Part shown: positions 17,599 through 26,568 of the stretch, in pieces | Layout: every line of letters begins with the position of its first letter | How positions within the stretch are numbered: position 1 is the first letter of the stretch | Assembly: GCA_965213685.1 (NCBI GenBank) | Contig: CBDBZY010000009.1 | Span: forward strand, 1-27,493 | Length of the DNA: 27,493 bases | Reading direction: 5' to 3' | Source: a bacterium | Lineage (GTDB): Bacteria > UBA8248 | Translations under genes and position numbers: made by a program | The notes under the pieces: generated by a model | What the model saw: the letters and a program-made list of their open reading frames with translations, nothing else | What the model was told of the DNA's origin: nothing | Databases searched by the model: none

Positions 17599-18585
17599 TC
17601 AGCTGACGGGCAGAGGGATCAGGCGGCTCGGGGGCGCCGGCACGTTCTGGCCCGAACCGTCCGCCGTCATGAAGGCGCGGCCCTCGGGGTCTCCTCCCCG
17701 GCGCATCGCGTCCCCGATCCCCTGCGAGGCGTGCAGCGCCTCCTCGGCATTGTAGGAGCTGCGCACGAAGGGGCCCGCGAACACGTGCGCGAAGCCCCGC
17801 GCCTCCCCCGCCTGCCGGTAGCGCGCATACACGTCCGGGTGAACGTATTCCCGAACGGGAATCGCCTTTTTCCTGGGCGAGAGATACTGGCCAATCGTCA
17901 TGATCCGGCAATCCACCCGCGCATCCCGCAAGTCATCCATCAGGGACAGCACGTCCTCCTCGGTTTCCCCCATGCCGACCATGACGCCGCTTTTCGTCAC
18001 CATCTGCGGGGCGATTTCCCGCGCCATGCCGAGGACGCGCAGCGAGCGGGCGTAATCGCCATTCGGCCGCGTGCGCTTGAACAGGCGCCGCACCGTCTCG
18101 ATGTTATGATTGAACACGTCCGGCCCGGCGCGCACCACCTGCGCGACCGCGTCGAAATTGCCCATAAAATCGCTCACCAGCACTTCCACCGTGGCCCGGG
18201 GGAGCAGCGCGCGCACCGCCTCGATGGTCGCCACCACATGGCCCGCCGCGCCATCCGACAAATCGTCCCGATTCACCATCGTGACGACCACGTGCCGCAA
18301 ACCCAGCGACTTGGCGGCCTCCGCCACATGCAGCGGCTCATCGGGGTCGAGCCGCTCCGGGACCCCTTTCGTGACCGCGCAGTAGCCGCAGGTTCTGGTG
18401 CAGACGTCGCCCCCGATCATGAAGGTCGCCGCCTTCCGCGAGAAGCACTCAAACAGGTTCGGGCAACGGGCCTCCTCGCACACGGTGTGGAGACGCTTGC
18501 CGCGCATCAGCACCTTGACCTCGTGGGAGCGGCTGGGGCTGGGCAGCCGCTTGACGAGCCAGGGAGGGAAACGTCGGGAAGCCAT
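17599..18585 (-). CDS. lipA: Lipoyl synthase
   Basis: Auxiliary cluster motif CEEARCPNLFEC, radical-SAM motif CTRTCGYC, FNHNIETV, IGQYL, VRSSY; GGAGGT ribosome-binding site. Confidence 0.97.
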   Translation of the reverse strand: MASRRFPPWLVKRLPSPSRSHEVKVLMRGKRLHTVCEEARCPNLFECFSRKAATFMIGGDVCTRTCGYCAVTKGVPERLDPDEPLHVAEAAKSLGLRHVVVTMVNRDDLSDGAAGHVVATIEAVRALLPRATVEVLVSDFMGNFDAVAQVVRAGPDVFNHNIETVRRLFKRTRPNGDYARSLRVLGMAREIAPQMVTKSGVMVGMGETEEDVLSLMDDLRDARVDCRIMTIGQYLSPRKKAIPVREYVHPDVYARYRQAGEARGFAHVFAGPFVRSSYNAEEALHASQGIGDAMRRGGDPEGRAFMTADGSGQNVPAPPSRLIPLPVS

Positions 18586-18620
18586 CGAACTACCTCCACT
18601 CCCGGAAATCGGGAGGGTGC

Positions 18621-18649
18621 ATCTTAGGAACGGAACGCGAGGGTGTCAA
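18621..18649 (-). promoter_or_regulatory. Strong sigma70-type promoter upstream of lipA
   Basis: Minus strand TTGACA (18649-18644), 17 nt, TAAGAT (18626-18621). Followed by a CTCCCG/CGGGAG hairpin (18599-18615) and the GGAGGT RBS. Confidence 0.8.
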
Positions 18650-18768
18650 GATTCGGGCCGTCTCCAGCCGGTCGCAACGTGGCCAACGCATGCGAGCGGG
18701 GGGCGCGGACGCCTGAATTCAAGTTGTTTATAGCAATCTTGTCATAAATCATTGTATAAATTCGCGTT

Positions 18769-19539
18769 TTATATGGAAACTATTCTTCCGCCCCGAATCC
18801 GCGCCCTCCCGCGTATCTCGGACAACGCCTTTCGGGCCTCCTCCCTCTCGCCATAGTGCCCCACGCGGACGCGATACCACCTGCCTCGGGCGCCTAGGTC
18901 CACGCTCTTGATGTAGGGCCGAAAGCCCGCGCGTCTGAGTCTCTGGACGGTGCGGAGCGCCTCGTCAAACTTCCTGACCGAGACGATCTGGACGGTGTAG
19001 CCGCTTCCCGCCGTCCAGGGCTTCGGGGCGCGCGGCGGCGCCTCCTTCCGCTTCTCCGGCCTTGCGGCGAGGGCGTCCGCCGCCGCCCTCTTCCCGGGTG
19101 GCGCGCCCGCCGCCGCAGGGGGCTCTCCCTCCACCGCCTCGGGCGGAGGGGGCGCGGGTTTCGGCGCCTTTTTCACCTCCGGCAATTTGATGGGCTCCAT
19201 CGGCTCCCCGCTCTTCCCGTCCGCGCGGAGGAGCTCCCGATAAAATTTCGGCTCGATGGCGTCGACGGGCCGGCGCCGCGCCTCTCCCTCAGACCCGGCG
19301 CCCAGCACGACGACCACCCCCCGCCCCGCCTCCTCGCCCTGCCCCGGCGGCGAGAAAACCGCCCGCCCGCTCCCGCCATCGGCCGCTCCGCCCGCCGCGC
19401 CGCGCTCGGCCAGCAGATAGCCGAAGCTGAAGGAGGCGGCCAGCAGCGCGAGGAGGAGGGTCATGAAAACGCCGGCCTGCAGTTTGCTGAATACGACCTG
19501 GTAGCGCTTCGTGGATGACGTTTCGCGCCCGGTCTTCAT
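18769..19539 (-). CDS. SPOR-domain membrane protein (FtsN/DedD-like cell division protein)
   Basis: ATG 19539 after AAGGAG; one N-terminal hydrophobic helix (VFMTLLLALLAASFSFGYLLA), Pro/Ala-rich linker, C-terminal SPOR-like YTVQIVS...L...GF..Y...WYRVRVG.Y..REEA. The argS-SPOR order is common. Confidence 0.85.
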   Translation of the reverse strand: MKTGRETSSTKRYQVVFSKLQAGVFMTLLLALLAASFSFGYLLAERGAAGGAADGGSGRAVFSPPGQGEEAGRGVVVVLGAGSEGEARRRPVDAIEPKFYRELLRADGKSGEPMEPIKLPEVKKAPKPAPPPPEAVEGEPPAAAGAPPGKRAAADALAARPEKRKEAPPRAPKPWTAGSGYTVQIVSVRKFDEALRTVQRLRRAGFRPYIKSVDLGARGRWYRVRVGHYGEREEARKALSEIRGRARIRGGRIVSI

Positions 19540-19577
19540 GGGCCTTCTCGACTCCTTTGGGCGGATGTCGTCGCAGG

Positions 19578-21254
19578 CTACATCTTCTCCGGAGCGGAGA
19601 CGCCCAGCAGGTTCAGGCCGTTCCGCAAAACGGCGCGCACGCACCTCGCGAGACAAAGGCGGGCGCGGGTGATCTCTTCGCCCTGCCCCAGTATCCGGTT
19701 CCGATTATAATAGGCGTGGAATTGTTTGGCGACAGAGAGGAGGCCAAACGGGATGTGGTGGGGTTCGAGCCTCTCGGCCGCCGTCCGCACCACGTCGGGC
19801 CACCCGAGCAGATTTCTCATGAGTTGACGCTCCTCGGCCAGGGCGAGGGCACCGGGCAGGGCGGCGAGGCGGTCGAGCGACTCGCCCTCCGCCGCCGCCT
19901 GGCGGAGGAGGCTGCACGCGCGCGCGTGGGCGTACTGGAGATAATAGACCGGGTTCTCGCTGCTCTGCCTCTTGGCCAAATCCAGGTCGAACTCCAGCGT
20001 CGTGTCCGCACTGCGCATCAGGAAGAAAAATCGGGCCGCATCCACCCCCACCTCCTCCACCACGGCGGAGAGCGCCTCAAACTCGCCCGAGCGCGTGCTC
20101 ATCGCAACCGTCTCGCCCCCGCGGCGCAGGCTCACGAACTGAACGAACAGGACGTCGAGCTGCTCCGGGTCATGGCCGAGCATCTCCACCGCCGCGCGCA
20201 CCCGAGGCAAATACCCGTGGTGATCCGCCCCCCAGACGTTGATGTAGCGGTCGAAGCCGCGCTCGTATTTGAGGTCGTGGTAGGCGATGTCGGAGGCCAG
20301 ATAGGTCGGGCGGCCATCGTCCCGCACGACGACGCGGTCTTTCTCGTCCCCGTACGCACCCGAGGCGAGCCACTTCGCCCCGTCCTTCTCATAGAGTTTT
20401 TTCTTCTCCTCCAGGGCGGCGATCGCCCGCTCCACCCTCCCCCCCTCTCCGGAGAACAGGGAAGCCTCGCTGAACCATTCCTCGAAACGCACCCGGAAAT
20501 CGGCGAGGGATTTCCGGATGTCCTCCAGTATCAGCTCCTTGGCGATCGTACCCGATCGGGCGAGCAGTGCCTTTTCTCCCTCCCCGGGGAGGGATTCGAG
20601 CCCTTCCCGAAACCTGGGCGAGCTGGCGATCTCCCGAATGTAGCCGCCCTGGTAGGCATCCTCCGGAAACGCGACCGCCTCGCCCCGCACGTCCTGCAGA
20701 TAGCGGGCATAGGCCGATTTCGCCAGAGTCTCCATCTGGTTGCCCGCGTCGTTGACGTAATACTCGCGGTGCACCCGGAAGCCGGAGGCCTCCAGAACGC
20801 GGCCCAGAACGTCGCCCAGCGCGGCGCCCCGGCCATGGCCGACGTGAAGCGGGCCGGTGGGGTTCGCGCTCACGAACTCCAGGTGAACGGACTTGCCCGC
20901 CCCCCATTCGTTTTTCCCAAAATCATCCGGTGCGGCCAATATGTCCTGTAGCCTCGCGCACAGGTAATCGGGGTGCATGTAGAGGTTGATGAAGCCCGGC
21001 TTCTCGACCCGGACATCCCGAAAAAGCCCCTCCGGAGCCTCGAGGTGCCGGAGGATGCGCTCTGCGATCTCCAGAGGCGCCCTGCGCTCGGCCCGGGCCA
21101 GCGTCATCGCCACGTTGCAGGAGAAATCCCCGAACGCCTCGTTCGGCGGCGTCTCGATGGAGATCGCCTGCGCGTCGCGGGAAGCCAAATCGCCCGCCGC
21201 GCGCGCGCGCTCCAAGGCCTTCTCGAATATGGGGACTATCCGTTCTTTCAGCAC
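19578..21254 (-). CDS. argS: Arginine--tRNA ligase
   Basis: GDFSCNVAM, PGFIN, EFVSANPTGPLHVGHGRGA, EYYVNDAGNQ, WGADHHGY, MSTRSG, NPVYYLQYAHAR, C-terminal GVSAPEKM. Confidence 0.98.
   Translation of the reverse strand: MLKERIVPIFEKALERARAAGDLASRDAQAISIETPPNEAFGDFSCNVAMTLARAERRAPLEIAERILRHLEAPEGLFRDVRVEKPGFINLYMHPDYLCARLQDILAAPDDFGKNEWGAGKSVHLEFVSANPTGPLHVGHGRGAALGDVLGRVLEASGFRVHREYYVNDAGNQMETLAKSAYARYLQDVRGEAVAFPEDAYQGGYIREIASSPRFREGLESLPGEGEKALLARSGTIAKELILEDIRKSLADFRVRFEEWFSEASLFSGEGGRVERAIAALEEKKKLYEKDGAKWLASGAYGDEKDRVVVRDDGRPTYLASDIAYHDLKYERGFDRYINVWGADHHGYLPRVRAAVEMLGHDPEQLDVLFVQFVSLRRGGETVAMSTRSGEFEALSAVVEEVGVDAARFFFLMRSADTTLEFDLDLAKRQSSENPVYYLQYAHARACSLLRQAAAEGESLDRLAALPGALALAEERQLMRNLLGWPDVVRTAAERLEPHHIPFGLLSVAKQFHAYYNRNRILGQGEEITRARLCLARCVRAVLRNGLNLLGVSAPEKM
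19704..19732 (-). promoter_or_regulatory. Candidate internal promoter in the argS 3' end for the SPOR gene
   Basis: Minus strand TCGCCA (19732-19727), 17 nt, perfect TATAAT (19709-19704). Confidence 0.4.
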
Positions 21255-21325
21255 GCAAGCCTCTCATCGGAAAAACAGCCCGCCGGAGCGAGGGGCACAA
21301 CAAATACCGCCCCCGCCGGATTCCG

Positions 21326-22081
21326 TCAACGCGGGGAGTGGACGTTATTGCCCGGACGCCTGGGCAGGGACTTCCCGCCATGATACTGCCAAAACGCCTC
21401 CGCGCACCGGAGGATCTCCGAACGGAGGGAGGCGGCGAACTGCACCGAGAAGCACCTCCCGGACGGCAGGGCGAGCACCTCCCGCATCGCCGCGACAGCC
21501 CCGGTGCGCAGGCGCACCCCCTGCGCGGGCGGCTGCGGGCACCTCGCGCAGCGCAACTCGCCCGTCGCCAGGTCGAGGCGCGCGGCCCCGCTCCCCGGGG
21601 GCTCCTCGCACGCCGCGCAGTAGGCGAGACCCGGGCGCAGGCCCGCCACCCTGAGCAGCCGCAGCAGAAAGACGCCCTCCATGCTCGCCGCCCGCCCGCC
21701 CGCATCCAGCGTTTCGAGCGCCAGCCGGAGCAGCGCATGGTGTTCGGCCTCTCCCTCCCCGACGCCCAGAACCGCGTCGAGTATCCGCAGGAGGCGAGAC
21801 GCCGCCCGCATGGCCTCATAATCCTTCCAGAGCCTTTGATAGACCCGGGTCGTCTCGCATTTTCGCATCGTTCCCAAGTCGGACCCGCCGCGCTGGTGCC
21901 ACTCCAGATGGCTCGCGCTCGCAGGCTCCAGCCCCACGCCCACCCGCGACTTCGCCGAGCGCGCACCCTTGGCCACCAGGCGCACCTTGCCCCTGCCCCT
22001 GGTCAAAAACGTCACTATCAGGCTCGTGTTCGAGTAGGGCCGCGCGCCCAGGACGATGGCTTCATCGCTCAGAATGGCCAA
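21326..22081 (-). CDS. recO: DNA repair protein RecO (Zn-finger type)
   Basis: EAIVLGARPYSNTSLIVTFLTRGRGKVRLVAKGAR.AKSR....LEP; C4 motif CAAC...CARC. Probable TTG start at 22081. Confidence 0.93.
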   Translation of the reverse strand: MAILSDEAIVLGARPYSNTSLIVTFLTRGRGKVRLVAKGARSAKSRVGVGLEPASASHLEWHQRGGSDLGTMRKCETTRVYQRLWKDYEAMRAASRLLRILDAVLGVGEGEAEHHALLRLALETLDAGGRAASMEGVFLLRLLRVAGLRPGLAYCAACEEPPGSGAARLDLATGELRCARCPQPPAQGVRLRTGAVAAMREVLALPSGRCFSVQFAASLRSEILRCAEAFWQYHGGKSLPRRPGNNVHSPR

Positions 22082-22117
22082 AAAGACGCCCCCACGACAT
22101 ATCTTTTGCGCCGGGAC

Positions 22118-22146
22118 TTGACGAAATCCCCCGGATGAGAGATATT
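22118..22146 (+). promoter_or_regulatory. Sigma70-type promoter for rpsU
   Basis: TTGACG (22118-22123), 17 nt, GATATT (22141-22146); same -10 hexamer and spacing as the rpsT promoter. Confidence 0.65.
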
Positions 22147-22210
22147 GGGACACTTGAAAGGCGGCATCCTTCCATCACCCAATTTTGACGAGCGGAGGAA
22201 CCATATCCAT

Positions 22211-22399
22211 ATGCCAGGCGTGAAAGTACACGAGGGCGAATCCATCGACAAGGCCCTCAAGCAATTCAAGAAGCAGTGCGAGAAATCCGGTATCCTCACG
22301 GAGATCAAGAAGCGCGAGTATTACGAGAAGCCCAGCGTCAAGCGCAAGAGAAAGATACTCGCCGCACAGAAAAAACGTATGCGCGCCCAGAATCGCTAG
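22211..22399 (+). CDS. rpsU: 30S ribosomal protein S21
   Basis: [48 protein letters not shown]; GGAGG at 22194-22198. Confidence 0.97.
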   Translation: MPGVKVHEGESIDKALKQFKKQCEKSGILTEIKKREYYEKPSVKRKRKILAAQKKRMRAQNR

Positions 22400-22410
22400 G
22401 TCCCGGGCAT

Positions 22411-23407
22411 CTACGCATTCTCGTATCCGAGTTCCTGAAGCGCGGCGTCCCTCTGCCGCCAGTTAGGCTTGAGGCGCACATTGAGGCCTAGATAGATTCG
22501 CTCGTCCAGCCGCAATTCGATCTCCCGCCGGGCACATTCCCCGATGCTCCGGATCCGACTGCCCCCCTTCCCCACCAGGATGCCCCGCTGGCTCTTGCGC
22601 TCCACATAGATTTCCGCCTCCACGCGCAACAGGCCGGAGCCCTCCGCGCGAGACATCTCCCGCACCCGCACCGCCACGGCGTAGGGGATTTCCTTGTGCA
22701 GCTGCCGATACGCCTGCTCCCGAACGAATTCCTCTATCAGCACGGCTTCGCTGACGTCCGTCGTCACCTCGGGAGAGAAGTATCGCGGGCCTTCGGGGAG
22801 GGCGCGGAGGATGTCCCGCACGAGGGGTGCCACGTTGTCCCCCTGGAGTGCCGAGACGGGATATACGCCCCGGAACCCGCCGTCCCGGGCGTATTTTTCC
22901 AGTGCCGGCAAGAGTTGCGTCTTGTCCTTCAGCAGGTCCACCTTGTTGATGAGGAGAAACGCGGGCACGCCCGCATCCGCAATCAGCGCGCGCGCGCGCG
23001 CGCGTCCGTCTCATCGCCCGTCCCCCTCCGTCATCAGAAGGGCGAGGTCCGCCCCCGCGCACGCGGCCTTCACCTCCTCGAGCAGGAAAACGCCCGAGCC
23101 TGGAGGCGGGGCGCTCGACGCCGGGGGGTGTCGAAAAAAGCCGCCTGCGCATCCTCTGCATGCAGGACGCCGAGAAGCCGGCGCCTCGTGGTTCCAGGCT
23201 TCGGGGGTGACGATGGCGAGCTTCTCGCCGAGGATGCGGTTGAGGAGGGTGGACTTGCCCACGTTCGGGCGTCCGATGATGGCGACGAACCCCGAGCGAA
23301 ACCCCTGCGGGGGTCTCCCGGGGCGCGCCGCCGCCGCGCAGGATGGCGGCGAGGTCGAGTGCGCGCGCATCCGCCCCGCCTCGGGACGCCCCCCTCGGCC
23401 GGGACAT
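22411..23407 (-). CDS. era: GTPase Era; several apparent frameshifts between ~22980 and ~23310
   Basis: [32 protein letters not shown] (ORF 23011..23370); [38 protein letters not shown] (ORF 22411..22968). The start at ATG 23407 is inferred across a shift. Confidence 0.9.
22986..23004. repeat. Alternating (GC)9 dinucleotide tract inside era
   Basis: GCGCGCGCGCGCGCGCGCG read directly; lies at one of the era frame junctions. Confidence 0.8.
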
Positions 23408-23418
23408 CCGGACGCCCC

Positions 23419-25223
23419 TTACCCGAACGACCCGTCGATGCCCAGCTCCCGGAGCTGCGCGCGCTCGACGGCGGCCGGCGCGCCGGTCATCAGGCAGGTG
23501 GCCTTCTGGGTCTTGGGAAACGCGATGACGTCGCGAATGGAGGACGCGCCCGCCAGCAGCATCATGATGCGATCCAGGCCAAACGCGATTCCGCCATGGG
23601 GCGGCGTGCCGAACTCGAGCGCCTCCAGGAAGAAACCGAATCGCCGCTGCGCCTCCGCCTCGTCCATGTCCAGGGCGGCGAACATCTTCTGCTGCACCTC
23701 GCGCTGGTGAATTCGCTGGCTGCCGCCCCCGATTTCGTGACCGTTCACCACCATGTCATAGGCCTGGGAGCGCATGGCGCCCGGGTCGGAATCAAAAAGC
23801 GCGACGTCCTCGGGGACGGGCGCCGTGAAGGGGTGATGCAGCGCATGGAAGCGGCCCTCCGCCTCGTCATACTCCAGGAGCGGGAAGTCCACGACCCAGC
23901 AAAAAATCAAACTTCCGCGCGTCCGGGGAGACGAGGCCCAGGCGCGCGCCGAGCTCCGCGCGCGCAGCTGGCCCAGAACCGATGCGCTCACCGCGGGCGC
24001 GTCGGCCACCATCATCAACAAGTCGCCGACCTCCACCCCCCGCTCGCGCGCCAATCTCCTCGAGCTGGCCCTCCGGGAAAAACTTGGCGATATTCGACTC
24101 ATACCCGTTTTCCGTGCGCTTCGCCCACGCGAGACCGCCCCGCGCCCAACTCCTGTGCGCGCGCGATGACGTCGTCTATCTCCTTTCTCGAGGCCGACGC
24201 CATGCCCGGCCCCCGCCATGGCGCGCGCCGCCCCGCCCCGCTCGACCGCCCTTCGGAACACCTGGAATTTGCTCGCCCGCGCCACGTCGGTGAACGTGGC
24301 CAGCCGCATGCCGAAGCGCCTGTCGGGCCTGTCGGTTCCATATTGCTCCATCGCCTCCGCATAGGGAATCCGCTCGAAGGGCGTCTCGACCTCGACCCCG
24401 CCCACCTCCTTCCATATCCTGGCGACCAGGCCCTCCATGAGTCCGAAAAAGGCCTGCCGGTTCAGGAAGGAGCATTCGATGTCGATTTGCGTGAACTCCG
24501 GCTGCCTGTCGGCGCGCAAATCCTCGTCCCGAAAGCATTTGACGATCTGATAATAGCGATCGAAGCCCGCGACCATGAGGATTTGCTTGAACATCTGCGG
24601 GCTCTGGGGAAGGGCGAAGAAATTCCCGCGCGCGACCCGGCTCGGCACCAGGTAGTCTCTCGCCCCCTCGGGGGTGCTCCTCGTGAGGAACGGGGTTTCC
24701 ACGTCGAGGAAGTGATTCTCCCCCCAGGAAGTCGCGAATCGCCTGGGCCGCCCGATGACGCTTGATGAAGTTCTCCCCGCAGCGCCGGGGCGCCGCATGT
24801 CGAGATAGCGGTACTGGAGGCGCAGCGTCTCGCTGGCGTCGGAGCCGTCCTCTATCTCGAAAGGAGGCGTTCTCGCCTCGCTCAGAATCTCCAGCCGCGT
24901 CACCCGCACCTCGATTTCGCCGGTGTCGAGGTTCGGATTCGCCATCCCCTCGGGGCGTTCGACCACCACCCCCCGCACGGCGAGCACCCACTCGCCGCGC
25001 ACACCCGCTCGGCGAGCGCATGGGCGGCCTCGTCGTAAGAGGGGTCGGCCACCACCTGGGTGACGCCGTAGCGATCCCGCAAGTCGACGAAGATCAGGCC
25101 GCCGTGGTCGCGATTCGACCCAGCCCAGCCCATGAGGATGACCTCGTCCCCCGACGTCCGAGGCGCGAAGCGCCCCGCAATGGTGGGTTCTTCCCTTCTC
25201 CAGAAGCTCGCTCAAGGTTTCAT
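23419..25223 (-). CDS. aspS: Aspartate--tRNA(Asp/Asn) ligase, non-discriminating type; many apparent frameshifts
   Basis: [99 protein letters not shown], pieced from ORFs 23419..25425, 24900..25133, 24176..25021 and 24099..24362. ATG 25223 follows GGAGG (TTG 25215 is an alternative). Confidence 0.93.
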
Positions 25224-25294
25224 GTCCTTCCTCCGCGCCCCCCGAATCCGCATCATCGCCCCGCGCGGGAGCGTATCGGCTTCGCATCCGGAAT

Positions 25295-26554
25295 TCAAGC
25301 ATCCCGCGCCCCTGTCCGCAGGATGCGGGCGAGCCAGACGACCCCGCCCAGGCCGACCCAGGCCGCCAAGCCCACCGAACCCCAGGCCGCCTTCCATTCG
25401 GTCGGCAGGAGCGCGCCCCCCGCATCCGGGTTGGTGACGTCCAGAATATAGCCCATCTCCACAGGGGAGAGGGCGCCGAAGAGGAACCCGAACCCGGCGA
25501 GGCAGCCGAGCGCCGTGCCCAGATGACGCCCGGGCGAGATTTCGCTCATCACGACCAGGAAAACGGACGCGTCGATGGCCATCACCACCACCCAGAGCAG
25601 CGCCACGCCCAGCAGAACGGGCGGGGGTGCGTGGAAGAGGAAGCCGACCGCAAACGTCATCGCTCCGCTCAGGAACAGGCTGCTCCCGATGGTCGGGAGA
25701 CGCCCGAACCTGTCGGCGCACCAGGCGCCGATAAAGTTGGAAAACGCGGATATCGCAATCATCAGGGCGAGGGCCGTCGCGGCCTTGTCCACGGCGTTCG
25801 CCCTGGAGAGGCCGTGGGCCAGGAACGCCGACGAGAGGAACGTGACGCCCCAGCCCCGGAAGGCGAACATCTCCCAGCGGTGCATGACATAGGAGCCGAT
25901 GGTCACCCAGCAGCGGAGCGGCAGGCGGGGAAAGGCGAATTTTTCTCCCCTCCCCGGTTTCTCCCTTCCGGGGTCGGGCACCCAGACCAGCACCATCAGC
26001 ACGCCGGCCACGGGCCCGAGCGAACCCAGGGCGAAGGTGAAGCGCCAGCCGAAATCGGGGAGCAGGTAGCCCGTCAGGAACATCGACACCGAGACGCTGA
26101 AGGTAAAGAAGAAGGCGAAGCTCGACACCATTTTCGCTCTCCCCCGCGCGGGAGCGCGCTCGGCCACAATGCGCAGGCCCGGCCCGAACACGCCTGCGAG
26201 CCCCACCCCGCTGGCGCACCGGAGGAGGGCGGCCGTCCACATGCCCTCGGCGAGAAACGGGAACATCAGGTTCGTGAGGCCGAGCCAGGCGGCCGAGAAG
26301 AGATAGATGGTTCGCGCGCTGAAATAGTCCGTCGCCCCGGTGAGCACGGCCGAGGCGACGACGTAGCCCACGTAAAACGCAAAATAGATGAAGCCGGCGT
26401 CCGCGTTCGTGAGCGACCACTCGGCCTTGAGAATCGGGATGGCGGTGGGATAGTTCGCGTAGACGAGCATGATGGGCATCAGGGAGAAGCTCAGCACCCA
26501 TATGGCGGCCTCGCTGATGCCCGCGTTCGGGGGAGTGTCGATGAACTCAGCGAT
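25295..26554 (-). CDS. Major facilitator superfamily transporter
   Basis: Many hydrophobic helices; EWSLTNADAG, GATDYFSAR, GWRFTF, GAWCADRFGR (motif A-like). The first canonical start is GTG 26497, but the frame is open to ~26554, so the start is uncertain. Confidence 0.88.
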   Translation of the reverse strand: MAEFIDTPPNAGISEAAIWVLSFSLMPIMLVYANYPTAIPILKAEWSLTNADAGFIYFAFYVGYVVASAVLTGATDYFSARTIYLFSAAWLGLTNLMFPFLAEGMWTAALLRCASGVGLAGVFGPGLRIVAERAPARGRAKMVSSFAFFFTFSVSVSMFLTGYLLPDFGWRFTFALGSLGPVAGVLMVLVWVPDPGREKPGRGEKFAFPRLPLRCWVTIGSYVMHRWEMFAFRGWGVTFLSSAFLAHGLSRANAVDKAATALALMIAISAFSNFIGAWCADRFGRLPTIGSSLFLSGAMTFAVGFLFHAPPPVLLGVALLWVVVMAIDASVFLVVMSEISPGRHLGTALGCLAGFGFLFGALSPVEMGYILDVTNPDAGGALLPTEWKAAWGSVGLAAWVGLGGVVWLARILRTGARDA

Positions 26555-26568
26555 AGCCCACTCCCTGT

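Noticed and set aside
22411-25223. Calling era and aspS (also holA, lptE, murJ) true pseudogenes or programmed-frameshift genes
   Set aside because: These are normally essential genes with intact motifs; the indels are numerous, clustered and mostly in G/C runs, with no canonical slippery heptamer or stimulatory structure seen. Sequencing error is the simpler explanation.
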